A stretch of 64,000 bases of DNA from Octopus sinensis (lineage: Eukaryota): the NCBI RefSeq assembly GCF_006345805.1, contig NC_043004.1, positions 35,154,001-35,218,000 of the forward strand. The letters run 5' to 3'. The notes beneath the pieces were generated by a model, which had not been told where the DNA came from, ran no database searches, and saw only the letters and a list, made by a program, of their open reading frames with translations. Made by a program: the position numbers and the translations under genes. Below, piece after piece: positions 23,988 to 36,842 of the stretch (position 1 is the first letter of the stretch; each line of letters begins with the position of its first letter).

Positions 23988-24258
23988 CAACATTTCCAAA
24001 ATCCAACTCCACACTTCTTTTTTCATCTGCCGTTTCCACAAAATCCTTAAATTTATATGTAGCTCCCTACACCCTTTAAATTTAAGGTTAGCTCCCTCCA
24101 ATCATACCATGCTCTTAATATCAAATAAACATTTTGGAAAAATGCATCCAGCACATTAGGTACCCATCTCCCCCCTCCCCCCGCCAAAAATAATATTGGA
24201 TAGAGTCACAAAATCTGGAATTATGCAGAAAATGATTATTTTCCATAACTGTAGGTTG

Positions 24259-24563
24259 TGTGGAGGCAGATGACCTAGTGGTTAGAGCAGCGGACTCGCG
24301 GTCGAGGGATTGCGGGTTCGAATCTCAGACCGGGCGATGTGTGTGTGTTTATGAGTGAAACACCTAAGCTCCACGCGACTCCGGCAGAAGGTAATGGCGA
24401 ACTTCTGCTGACTCTTTCGCCACAACTTTCTCTCTCTCTTTCCTCCTGCATCTTACAGCTCACCTGCGATGGACCAGCGTCCTGTCCAGGTGGACAATCT
24501 ATACGACAAGAAACCGGCCCTTATGAGCCAGGCATGGCTCGAGAAGGAACAAACAAAAAAAAA
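24259..24563 (+). mobile_element. Full-length tRNA-derived SINE with V-SINE-like domain and 14-bp TSD
   Basis: A box TGACCTAGTGG, B box GGTTCGAATC, CTGCGATGGACCAGCGTCCTGTCCAGG domain, A-rich tail; TSD ATAACTGTAGGTTG at 24245-24258 and 24564-24577. Confidence 0.9.
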
Positions 24564-25544
24564 ATAACTGTAGGTTGAGAGAGAGAGAGTTATAGACTTG
24601 TATTTTCTTGGAAACATTTCTTATAAATATTAATGATTTCTTTTGTCAAAAGGTTATTTTCTTTATGAAATAGGTAGAATATTTTGACTTTTTCTCAAGT
24701 TATTCACCCATCTGCTTAAGAACAAAATGAATCTTTGTGAGACCTTCATGTTCGTTTTCAAAACAAGGTGGCATTGAAGTTCTAAGGCACAACCATTTCC
24801 ACATTTCTTTATTCCCATTCCATCTTCATCTCTTCTAGGCTCGTATATCTCTAACTGAATCATCTAATGAGTTTGTTTGTCTTTGTTGTCAGGACATGTT
24901 TTGAGGGGGACTTGGCTGCTATTCCTAGCAGATCAAGTGGTCACATAGAGAACCCGTTATTGATATAGGTGTGACAGAAGAGTGGTATCACAGTGATTTA
25001 GTAAGTCGAGAGTTGCTAAATTGTGTATAATACAAGCTATGGAAAAGACATTTTACTTTATATTTTCTGCCTTTCATTGTTTTCAATTATATTTCATCAC
25101 TAAATGAGATAAATTCCCGTAGGATTTATGACAAGATATCTCATAATTACAAAACATATCCTGCAGAGATAGACAATATGTTGTGTCTTTTAGGTAGCAT
25201 ATAACTCTATTAAAATCCAATCACATTAGATGAAGTTTTCAGGTTCTTTGTGAGTAGCAGAATCTTTGTGCGGATTATGGAAGTACATATGACTCACTCG
25301 GTAACAAATTCATTTCAGTCATTAACCGTAGGTTTATTATTTTTTAACCCCCCCCCCACTTCCTTTAGTCTTTTACCTGGTTTAGTCATTGGTCAGCAGT
25401 CATGTTGGGCCACCACCTTGAAGTGAAGAGGTTTTTAGTTAATCTGATAGATGCTAGCACTTATTAATTTCTACCTGTTGAACCACTAAGTTACTGAACA
25501 TAATACAGGGTTCTACTGCCCAAATGGTTACTATTACAAGACAT

Positions 25545-25583
<39 letters not shown>

Positions 25584-26048
25584 AATATGAAGTGGTTCAA
25601 GGCTGTAGTTAAAGCAAATTTGAGAAAGTGAGGTACTCAATATATAAAAGAGAAAAATCATTGGTGAATGATTGAAATAAGTGAGATAGAACCCAGCATT
25701 TTGACATGAACCAAACATATCCTCATCATTGTCATCATTTAAGGTCCCTTTTCCATGCTACGGTGGATTGTATAGTCTAGTAAAAGCTGGTGAGCGAGAA
25801 GACTGTACCAATTCCCAATATCTACTTTGGCATAGTTTCTACAGCTCGATGCCATTCTAAACCAACTGTGAATAAAGAAAGCATCATGAAACAACCACTC
25901 TCTCACAAGACATCACACACCTGTTCTGTGGCTTGACTGGTGGATTCCTCATTGACATACACAGGCACATAAGGGTCCACAGAAGTTTATTCTGTTGGAC
26001 AATCATTCTTGAATTTGAGTGATTGGCACCAAAAATACATATGGTACA

Positions 26049-26097
<49 letters not shown>

Positions 26098-26194
26098 GAT
26101 AGGGTTAAGATCCGAGCTGTGTCCTCATAACATGTACAAATGAAACACATGTAATGGTGAGTGAATAATACCCAAAATTTTCGATATGTCTATA

Positions 26195-26232
<38 letters not shown>

Positions 26233-26234
26233 AT

Positions 26235-26482
26235 AGGTGGTGGCGCACTCGTGGGCAGTGGTGGCTCGTAGGTGCTGGTGCCACATAAATGCACCTGTGC
26301 CAATGCTGCATAAAAACACCCAGTACACTCTGTAATGTGGTTGGCAACAGGAAGGATGTCCAGCTGTAGAGACCAAGCCAAAACAGACTATGGGGCCCGG
26401 GCAGCTCTTCAACTGGTCAGCTCCTGTCAAACTGTCCAACCCATGCCAGCATAGAAAACAAACAATAAATGATGATGATGTC
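26235..26482 (+). mobile_element. RTE-tail fragment (diverged subfamily)
   Basis: TCCAGCTGTAGAGACC...CCAACCCATGCCAGCATAGAAAAC...(GAT)n. Confidence 0.75.
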
Positions 26483-26484
26483 AA

Positions 26485-26522
<38 letters not shown>

Positions 26523-27293
26523 ACACACAGACAGAAAGAAAAGAGAGAAAGAGAGTTTGAGGTTCTTTGTAAAAAAGTAAACTGAATTTAATAACAATAC
26601 TTTTAGAAAATTGTATGTAATATGTGTAATGTTGTGATTTCTGATTAAAAAAAACCTTGTTTTTTATTTATATATTCAATTTTTGTAAATAAAAAACACA
26701 CCACTTATTATTATTATTATTATTACTGCTGCTATTATTTGTACTCACATTCACCACATTTAAATCATTTCTATTCTGAGGTTACTGCACTTACATCATT
26801 TTTTTAATATAACTCTCTGTGGGTGATACTTTGGTTGCAAGGTACTGAAATATCTATGAAAGAACACAGATTTCCACTTTGTACTGCAATAGCTGAGTGT
26901 CATTAAATTATTATTTATATTATTATCACTATTATTATATTTTCATTTCATTCTTATTCAGCTTAAGCTGTTTTGTACGTCATGTGGGTAATGGCTATGT
27001 TCCTGCAATGGATACATAGTTTATTGATAATATATATATAATGGAACACACGCACACATATAAACACACTTACACATATACTCATACAAACACAGACATA
27101 TGTTTCAATCACTTTATTATTTATTTTAGTAAAGTGAAAAAACAGAAAAAAATAAGGAAAATTATTCATACTTGAATTTTACCAAAAATTTTCCCAAACA
27201 CAATGAACAAAATGGTTCCGTTAATTTTAAAGCATTCAAGTCTCCAATCTTTGTGCAGCAAAGAATGTTGGTCCCTTTCACATCACAGACTCA

Positions 27294-27330
<37 letters not shown>

Positions 27331-28373
27331 ACTCTCTCTCACACACACATACATTAGCTCTGCTGATGCTAAAACAATGTCACACACGTATCTATCTGTC
27401 TATAGTTCATAGACAATGTCTAGATAAATATTGGTTTCCATACATGAAAAAAAAAAAAAAAATCAAGTTTGATAAATGATCAAAAATTAAACCCTAAAGG
27501 AGCCACAGAAGATGAATAAGACTGATTGGAATAAAAAAAAGATGTTAGGAATACTTTTTATTTCCTTTGTTGAATTTCCATTAAACTCTTAACTTTATAA
27601 TAATAACTCGTCAGATTTTGAAAAACGAGTCACATAATTATGTGTTATGATTTTCAGTAAACGGTGCCATTGATTGGTGTGTAAACAAAGGCATCACTTA
27701 ATAACCACCGTAATAAATGTCACTGACACCATAACATAATTTTATTGTACTGGAACCTATGTTTACCAGTTTCTGAGATTAGAGCTCAATTTAAAATCTC
27801 ATTTACTCTTTATGTGGCACAGCTATTGTTCTTCAATCATGTCAATCAACACAACTCCCTAAATGACACAAGTTCACCTTGTTAGCTCTCAATGCTAGGA
27901 CCGACATTACAATGCTATTTTATTGCCTACATTTTCAAAAATTACTATTGAGTCGGTTGTTAAATGCTAATTTCACTGAATGTATATATTATGTAGCAAC
28001 AGTAGTAGCAGTGGTAACAGTGGTGGTAGTAGTAGTAGTTTAACTGCGAATCAGCTCTGATTGAACAGATCTATGACTAAAACCATTCCACCAATATCCA
28101 GATTGATTTAAGATATAGGATACATTAACTGGAAAGATATTATGTCCTTCCATTTTGATCGGCTGTGATTTGAGGAAGATTTACTGGCTATTTCTAGTTC
28201 ATAGAAAGACCATGTAGAGGCTCCTTACTGCTTCATAGTATGTATGCATGTGTGTGTTCTTTTCTGGTGGTTCCTTTCATTGAATCAGAACTGATTCTTT
28301 TGTACCACTCACAAACATATTTATTGGTTAACGCCTAATTAATCTTCTGATTAATTACTCTAATCCACAGTGT

Positions 28374-28426
28374 AGATAGAAACTAAGATAGTTTGATCTC
28401 TGGGGTAACTATCTTAGTTTCTATCT
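28374..28426. repeat. Perfect 20-bp inverted repeat with 13-nt loop
   Basis: AGATAGAAACTAAGATAGTT / AACTATCTTAGTTTCTATCT. Confidence 0.95.
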
Positions 28427-29105
28427 TAGAAATAATTCTTTAATGGTGCTTTGTCTTCTCCCAACAGGTAAGGGAACTCCTTCAATACAGAATAAAATAT
28501 TCTGTCCCAAAACACAATAAAGCATCATTAAATTACTTCAAATCAAATAATGTCAATTACCTCGTGAACTCTGCTGGTAGGAAGTGTCTGTGTATTTCTT
28601 CTGAATTTCCCATAATCATATTTTTAGCACAAATCCGGCAGCTTTGAGGGAGCTTTTGATGCCATTTAACTCCAATACTTGTTGCTGTCTTAATCTCAGA
28701 AGGATAAAAGGCAATATGTTGGTTGACCTCAGTCAGCTTTGAACTTAGGATGTTCAGAGCTGGAAAGACATACCACAAGGCATGCCATTCATGATATCCT
28801 AATTATTTCATTATAAAAAGATGCGGGTACCTCTATGTGGTTGTTTGCCTTGTTAGAAATAGCAACCAAAACCTATTCAAAGCACAACGCCACAGTCTTA
28901 AAAACAGATATATTGGGATGAGGTGGTCCCAAAGCAAAAGAAAGAAGAAAAACAAATGCCAAGAAGGAACATGGCTGGCATTCCACCTGATTCAAAGACT
29001 TTTTAATCAGAGCTGACTCAGGATTCAACTAAATGACAATCTTAAAATATTTTGTTGCTTCTTTATAACTTTACTGAATTAATTTAAATAATTTGAATAC
29101 ATACA

Positions 29106-29493
29106 AGTGTAGCTGTGGTGTTAAGAGATTTGCTTCACAACTACATTATCTAGTGCTCAGTCCCACTACATGCAAGTATTTTCTACTATAGCCCCTGGCC
29201 AACGAAAGTCATGCAACTGGATTTGGTAAGAAGAAACTGAAAGAAGCCTGTCATGTGTATGTGTGTGTGCCTTCGACATTCTGATATCAATGACAGTCAT
29301 AAACAAGTGTCACCATTCATTTCCAATATTGTCTGAAAATATTTCTGCTCATGGGAAATATTACCTTGCTTGAAAAGAAGTGAGGGTTTCTGGTGGCAGG
29401 AAGGTCATCTGGCAGTACACCAATCTACTTCAACAAATATCTTTTGACCCCTGCAAACATAGAAAAGTGGACATTAAAGCAGTGAGGATGATG
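29106..29493 (+). mobile_element. CORE-like SINE with RTE-derived 3' tail (old copy)
   Basis: Colinear with 16335-16730. Confidence 0.75.
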
Positions 29494-31080
29494 GTTCTAT
29501 GATAGTAATTACAATCAACTCAAATGATTCCATCCTATATTTTGCAAAGAGCAAATATTTATTCATGAAAGAAGCAGAAAATCAAACTAAGGCATGTACA
29601 AAAAGTTATTTCAACATATATCATATAATTTTTATCGATCGGAGAAGAATGAACGATTAAAGAGTGAAATTTATGGATCAGATGATGGTATTTGACCAAC
29701 ATTGCTTTTGGGTAAACTGTCCAAATAAAGCATGCAACTCTGCTCAGAACACTGATGTATTTAATGGTCTCAGGAGAATTAATTGTTAGCCACCATGCAC
29801 ACACACACACACACTCATTGTCAGCTTGGGGAATTACTCTTTAAATTCCTCAAAGTTCCTTCATTTTTGTAGGAACAAGAGAATGCTACAGTTATTGCAT
29901 GAAAAAAAAGTTTGTCTAATTAGTTTTGAGCATAATTGACATATTCACAATACATTTAATCAGATTTAATCAGGTGCCTAATTCTTTAATTACAAGCAAA
30001 ATACATGCATTTATTAGAAAATGACCAATATTTCAGCTTTTTATATGCTTTTTGTTTGTTTTTTCATTTCATTTTTCTACTGTATCTTTTTAATCACTAA
30101 ATATTCAATTATTGGAGGTCGTAGAGTTTGAAGCTTTAAATTGAGTCAAGGATTAGATGTGATCCAGTTGAGATTGAAATCTGAATGACAATTAAGATAT
30201 TACACAATAATTGGCTATAATTAATTGATTTCTTCAAGTATCTGACCAATGGACTAACTAAATACAGCATGAGCTCAGAAAAATAGAAGGCCTACAAATC
30301 CATAATTAGTGCTTGTTGTTGATTAAATTTGATGTTGATTAGATTTGAACTTGACAAAAAAGGAAGGAAAATTGTCTTTGTTCTTTAAAGGAAGAATCAA
30401 ATACAATATTAAATAAAAATCGATTAGCAACAGTGAGCATTCATCCACTACAAATAATTTGGTAGAACCAAAATAAGGTTTCCTAGAAATCAGGGTTTTC
30501 ATATTAGAAAGCTTTCATTTAACTTCATTAATCTAAATATAAAGTCAGTGTACACCAGAATTTTTGGCTTAAAAGAAAATAATGAAGGTACAGTCTTGAC
30601 CTAGAATATGATGGCTTACAGGTGAAAGGTTCCATACAAACTTGTCATCATTGTGTGAGAAACATCTTTTTTATTATTCCCCTTCTCATATTTTTCTTCA
30701 ACAGAAAAAAAAAACATGATTTTTCAATATTCTTCACCAGATAGTATTGAAAAGTCATGATTTTTTTTTCTTCCCATGCTATTCTTATTTGAAGTTTATC
30801 AACTTTACCTTTAATTACTTCTCTGAGAAGACGAGACTTGGGTAAACATTAATCAGTTTTCAGATCTGACTGGTAACAAATGAGTATTCTCTTCTAAAGA
30901 TGCTTGGTCAGTTGAGTCAGCTTGAGTATCTTGTTTTGCTGAATAATTTTCAAATTCCACTGCCATAAATTTTGAACGGACAGTGACATATTTTCAACAA
31001 CATGAAGCATTGAATTTAGAAAGAATAGCCTAACAATGAACTGTGGAGTTGAGAGTGAAGTTATGGACATGGTACAAGGA

Positions 31081-31114
<34 letters not shown>

Positions 31115-31277
31115 GCTGAGAGCTAAAAGACAAATCCTTGGAAAATAAGAAAACAAAATAGCTTCTGAATAGTAGGAATGGTTAAAATTGCACCTAGCTT
31201 GGTATGATGGTTGCGTGAATAACAAAAAGAAAGCATCATACAGTGTGAGCTAACAAAATTCAGTAATTTCCTTGTAG

Positions 31278-31378
31278 CATCTTTGCTGCCCAGAACCTCT
31301 TGAAGGAGGCAAAGAGTTGGAAGCGATCAAAATATCATTTTAATTCCCCAGTCATCAGTTGGTCCTACAGTGTACTCT
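31278..31378 (+). CDS. Weak candidate 101-nt exon (IFAAQNLLKEAKSWKRSKYHFNSPVISWSYSVL)
   Basis: TTTCCTTGTAG acceptor, GTATGT donor, one open frame in non-repetitive DNA; no homology recognised. Confidence 0.2.
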
Positions 31379-32483
31379 GTATGTAAAATACAAAAGTTAT
31401 CTCTGTATAATCAGGGACCACTTTTATGTAGGGTCAGCATAAACCAGTGTTCTTTTCTGTACAGATGGTTGACTTTATTACATTTTTTTTTCATTTTTTT
31501 TTTTGTTTTTCATAAATGAGAGTAAAAAAATACACCAATTCACTAATTGAGAAAAAAATACTCATAAAAAGAAGCTTGTAAAAAGATACACCTGTAGAAT
31601 AATTGTTTATCAATTAAGAAAAGCAAGTGAGATGTGTAGAAACATGTCTTATTACTTCACTGTAATCATATTGTAGTGATTCTGCATTTAGCAATTTCGA
31701 TCAATAATGCAATCATCATTATGTCCTGTCAGCATTGTTGTGTGAAATGGGTTAATTGTTACTTAAGTCAGGTATCAATGTACTTTGCATTGTATTTATG
31801 AAAATATAATGACAATAAAATAGATATGAATAGAATTTATTAACTAGCAATTAGTAATAATATCTCAGATTTATAGAGCAGTAAAAATGTATGTTGTTAC
31901 ATTCCCACTTCGCAACAAGTGATTTATGACGGTGAAGTTATTCACTTAGAAATAATTCAATTTGGAGTGTACATTCAGTGATAGATTTGATAGAGTTTTA
32001 CCTCAGGCACATGGACTTTATGTCATGCACATAAGGTTTAATTCATGTGCACAAACCCAGTTTAGAATTAAAATGGGATTCTATTAAAATATGTTGTTAC
32101 TTTATCAAATTTCCAAAACAAATTTCGCCCAGGCATTATTTTAAAGCATCAAATCAGCAGATCAATGCATTCCAACCTTTGACACCTAAAATTGCTATGT
32201 CCTCTCTCGGCCTTTTCTAATTCTCAGGGTAAGCTAATTTTAGACCACTTCTCCTCAGAGCCTCTTGACTCACCCATCTCCCCACTTCTCTCAGACCCTG
32301 CACCAACCACTTTGCAAACTCCATCTTCCTCACAACATTATTCCTCCAGAATTCTGTTTTATCTGTTTATGTTTTATCTGTAGCTATTGACTATCCAAGA
32401 GGAGAGAATAACCACACATCACTCTGATCTCAGAAAACCAGTAAATGACACAGGCATAACCTGTTCTTTCAGACCAAACTAAT

Positions 32484-33003
32484 CATCATCATCGTTTAAT
32501 GTCCGCTTTTGACCGAGGGCTGGCAAACCAGATGGCTGCACCAGGCTCCAATCTTGATCTGGCAGAGTTTCTACAGCTGGATGCCCTTCCTAACGCCAAC
32601 CACTCCGAGAGTGTAGTGGGTGCTTTTTACATGCCACCGGCATGGGGGTCAATCAGGTGGTACGGGCAATGCCCTCGCTTGAATCATTTTACACATGCCA
32701 CCGGCACAGGTGCCAGTAAGGCGATGTTGGTAATGATTACGCTTGAATGGTGCCCTTTTACATGCCACCTGCACAGAAGCCAGTTGGCTGCTCTGGCAAC
32801 GATCACGTTCGGATGGTGCTCTTGGCACCCTACTAGCACAGGCACAAGTACCAGTAAGGCGACGCTGGTAACGATCACACTCGAATGGTGCCTTTTATGT
32901 GCCACTGGCATGGAAGCCGGTTAGCCGCTCTATCAACGATCACACTCGTATGGTGCTCTTTGCACCCCACTAGCACGAATGCCAGTCATCAAATTTGATT
33001 TTG
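32484..33003 (-). mobile_element. RTE LINE 3'UTR fragment with six hairpin units
   Basis: Reverse complement of the RTE tail; small internal deletion near 32508. Confidence 0.9.
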
Positions 33004-34067
33004 TCACGAAATATTCTGTTCTTCCATCCTCACAAAGGCCCTGAAAGATTGAGATTTTAACCTAATTGAGTCATCTCAGTTTTAAGACAGTTCCAATCAT
33101 TCCTAGTCATACAGTCAAACAGCATCCAAGTTAATGATACTCAACTAGACCAAAATTATAATCTTTTAATTACAACCCATAAGTATTTGATCTAACAGTT
33201 CCACTCTTGAAATGGTTTGGAGCAAGGTTAAAACCATTCATGTGCTTTTTTTGTGTGTCATGTGATTTTTCTTTGAACACTAATCACCAGAGCTACATCA
33301 TCTGATTGATATATAAACTATCCTAATTGGATCTAAAAATAAACCTAATTAAATTTAATTAGTCTGAAGACATGATCCTTCAATAGGTTTACTCTGGGAA
33401 TTAAAATCATGCATTCGTTAGTAGTGTAATTAAATACTTAATAATCTGTTATACACAAATGGCATGTATTAGAAAATCTATGATAAATTTAATGGAGTTA
33501 GTCTAAAATAAATTCCCAAACTGTTCTCCAACACTTCATATTTTCATATAATCTCTTGCATTTCCATATGTTTCTATTTTTTCTACCTGTTGCATCCTAA
33601 TTTCTATTTTCAAAGCAAAATCTTGATTAGATTAAAATAATAACAGCACATTTCTAAACTAATTAAAACCAATGAATGAGGATCGTTATATATGATATTA
33701 AATATAACATCCCACAGGATATCACATATGATATCACACATGATGTTACATATGAAAGCTAGTTGCATAAAGTTATAGGCTCCAGCTGAGGTTTTCTATG
33801 AAATGTATTACATTGTGACATTTGCAGTCTACATTAATGACCAGGTGTGAGGTTACAGTGTAAGATGACACTGTAAAGTCACATGATACATTCATCAATT
33901 AAATTACTTTTATTCAGATTTATTAAACTTGTTAAGTTTACAGTTCTATATTTAAGAGATGAGGAATTATGTACATTATTTACATTTGACAGTTGTCCTC
34001 ATCTTGTTATAATAATGACATGGAAAAATACCTTAGGAATGAGAACCCAGGTTTGAAATTTCCCCAA

Positions 34068-34113
34068 GACACCTGATGAAGGCTGGAGGGTATATCAGTC
34101 GAAACATTGTGTT
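34068..34113 (+). ncRNA. Minimal type-I hammerhead ribozyme (copy 1)
   Basis: GACAC-CTGATGA-A-GGCTG-GAGGGTATAT-CAGTC-GAAAC-ATT-GTGTT; stems I and II pair; ATT in place of GTT. Confidence 0.7.
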
Positions 34114-34225
34114 AACAACAAACAAGATGAGGATAAATATCTGTGAAATGTAAATAATTGTTAAGTTTAATTAACCTTGTTAAGTTTACACTTCTATATT
34201 TAAGAGATGAGGAATTATGTACATT

Positions 34226-35694
34226 TTCTGGGTAGAAGTAGGGGTCCACCACGGATCAGCCCTCAGTCCCCTTTTATTCATCATAGTCCTCCAGGTAATA
34301 AGAGAGGAATTCAAGATGGGTTACCTCTGGGAGCTCCTCTATGCTGATGACCTGGCCCTCATAAGAGAATCACTACCGGAACTAGAGAAGAAATTTCGGG
34401 AGTGGAAGTTAGGTTTAGAATCAAAAGGCCTTAGAGTCAATGGAGCAAAGACCAAAGTTCTAGTAAGTAGGAAGGCGAACTCATCACATGCCCCCTCAGG
34501 TAGGTGGCCCTGCTCGATCTATAGAAAAGGTGTAGGTAGAAACATCCATAAGATGTACCCAGTGTAAGCTATGAACACATAAGAGGTGCAGCAACATCAA
34601 AGGAAGATTAACCAGGAAGGTAGCTTTCGTATGTGGCAGATGCACAGGGGCAATAAGCACCACGGATGCTCAGAAAACAGATTCCATTACACTCCAGGGG
34701 GAGAAACTAGAAGTAGTTGATAGCTTCCACTACCTAGGTGACCAAGTTAGTAGTGTAGGTGGATGCTCTGAGAGTGTTACCACTAGAATAAAAATAACCT
34801 GGGCAAAGTTTAGGAAGCTTCTATCTCTGCTGGTGACAAAGGGCCTCTTGCTCAGCGTGAAAGGTAGATTGTACGATTCATGTGTACGAACTGCCAGGCT
34901 TCACAGCAGTGAAACATGGGTCGTGACTGTGGAGGACATGCATAGGCTTGAAAGAAATTAAGCTAGCATGATCTGCTGGATGTGTAATGTCAGTGTGCTC
35001 ACACGACAGAGTGTAAGCGCCCCGAGAGAAATATTGGACACAAGGAGGATTGGATGTGGCGTGCAAGATAGACATTTGTGCTGGTATGGTCATGTACTAT
35101 GGATGGATGAGGAGAGATGTGTGAAGTAGTGCCACTTCCAAACAGTTGAAGGAATCTGGGATAGAGGTAGACCCAGGAAGACATGCGACAAGGTGGTCAA
35201 GCATGACCTTCGAATGTTGGGCCTCACAGAGGCAATGACGAAAGACCGAGACCTCTGGAGATATGCTGTGACTGCAAAGACCTGACAAATAATGTGAGTT
35301 CACAGCTGTATCCTACACCAGTTTCACATAACCAGCCCCAGCCCATTCAAAAGTACCTTGGATCGTAAGGTGACCTGCTGTGATTGAGGAAACCTATTAA
35401 GTACATCAAAATCAAAATGAAAATCAAATGGAAATTGTAGTTGTGATACCCGTGCCAGTGGCACGTAAAAAATACCATCCAATCATGGTCGTTTCCAGCG
35501 TCCTCTGGCCTCTGTGCCAGTTGCACGTAAAAAGCACCCACAACACTCATGGAGTGGTTGGTGTTAGAAAGGACATCCAGCTGTAGAAACACTGCTCTAT
35601 CAGACTGAAGCCTGGTGCAGCCTCCTGGCTTCCCAGACCCCAGTTGAACAGTCCAACCCGTGCTAGCATGGAAAACAGACATTAAACAATGATG
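34226..35694 (+). mobile_element. 5'-truncated RTE LINE with RT core
   Basis: VGVHHGSALSPLLF, ELLYADDLAL, GLRVN.AKTKV and GRPRKT motifs; 3'UTR and (GAT)n tail; stops and frameshifts. Confidence 0.95.
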
Positions 35695-35792
35695 ATTTAC
35701 ATTTGACGGATATTTGTCCTCATCTTGTTAATAATAATAATAACATGGAAAGATACTTTAGGAATGAGAACCCAGGTTCGAAATTTCTGCAA

Positions 35793-35835
35793 GACACCTG
35801 ATGAAGACTGGAGGGTATATCAGCTGAAAAGTGTT
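35793..35835 (+). ncRNA. Hammerhead ribozyme copy 2 (cleavage triplet deleted)
   Basis: GACAC-CTGATGA-A-GACTG..CAGCT-GAAAA-GTGTT. Confidence 0.55.
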
Positions 35836-36644
35836 AACAACAAACAAGATGAGGACAAATATCCGTCACATGTAAATAATTGTTAAATTTACCTCAAAGT
35901 CTTGCAAAACCCATCACAAAAATATAGAATTTGTTGTTTTACTGTAAATAAAACTTTGACATGGTCACTCCCATACAACCACTTAAGACTTCCTGGAATG
36001 TCAGCTTAATTTCTTGAAACAGGCAGAAACCTGAAAGACAAACATTTGAGAGAGTTTTGTTTAGAACGTGTAATTTCTGCACTGACAACCAGTTTATTAT
36101 AAATTAAATGTAATATCATTTATCTTCATCTACTCCACAAACGCTTCTACAAACTGATATACACATCTCAGTTTTCTTCTTTTCACACTTGATTAATTGC
36201 CTTTTCACTTGGTTAGTGACCTCGGGGAGTTTCTACAGTTTTCTGAGGCTATATAACATGAGCTATAAAATTATGTACAGTGTATTTACAATTTGTATTT
36301 AACCATATTACTAATACGACATAAATCTATTTTGGAGCTTCCCTTTAAAACAGCATAACCCTCGTTTTACAATCAGCAAATATATAAAAACAAAAAACAA
36401 ATTATATGTTTAGAAGAATTATCTTTTGCAAAGATTTGGTGAACATTCCAGCTGCACTAATTTATATAAAACAACCATCTTCACTCCTACAGCTGTCTAT
36501 TAGAACAGTTTCCAAGAAGGATTCTATTGGTTAGCTCAGTTATATATTTTCCCATTCATATAAAAAAAAAATGTGTAATTTCATCTAAAAGATAAACCTT
36601 TTCAAAGATAATCTAAAGTTCACACTAACCTATTTCTTTACTAC

Positions 36645-36842
36645 CCACAAGGGGCTAAACACAGAGGAGACAAACAAGGACAGACAGACGGATTAAGTCG
36701 ATTATATCAACTCCAGTGCATTACTGGTACTTAATTTATCGACCCCAAAAGGATGAAAGGTAAAGTCGACCTCAGCGGAATCTGAACTCAGAACGTAACG
36801 GCAGATGAAATACCGCTAAGAATTTCGCTCGGCATGCTAATG
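36645..36842 (-). mobile_element. SINE (long-tail form)
   Basis: Reverse complement matches 54091-54318. Confidence 0.9.

Larger units (their letters stand above)
33928..35890 (+). mobile_element. Tandem dimer of a ~250-nt hammerhead-containing unit (Penelope pLTR/retrozyme-like); second unit interrupted by an RTE
   Basis: Unit starts CTTGTTAAGTTTACA at 33928 and 34176; unit 2 continues at 35695 after the RTE; each unit has ~35-bp internal inverted repeats. Confidence 0.85.

Noticed and set aside
24259-24335. tRNA gene
   Set aside because: The tRNA-like head continues into a SINE body and tail with a TSD, and there is no proper acceptor stem or terminator.
28557-28778. 73-aa minus-strand ORF ending at a GTAATT donor-like site
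   Set aside because: Its 5' half is a decayed SINE and the remainder has no recognisable homology.
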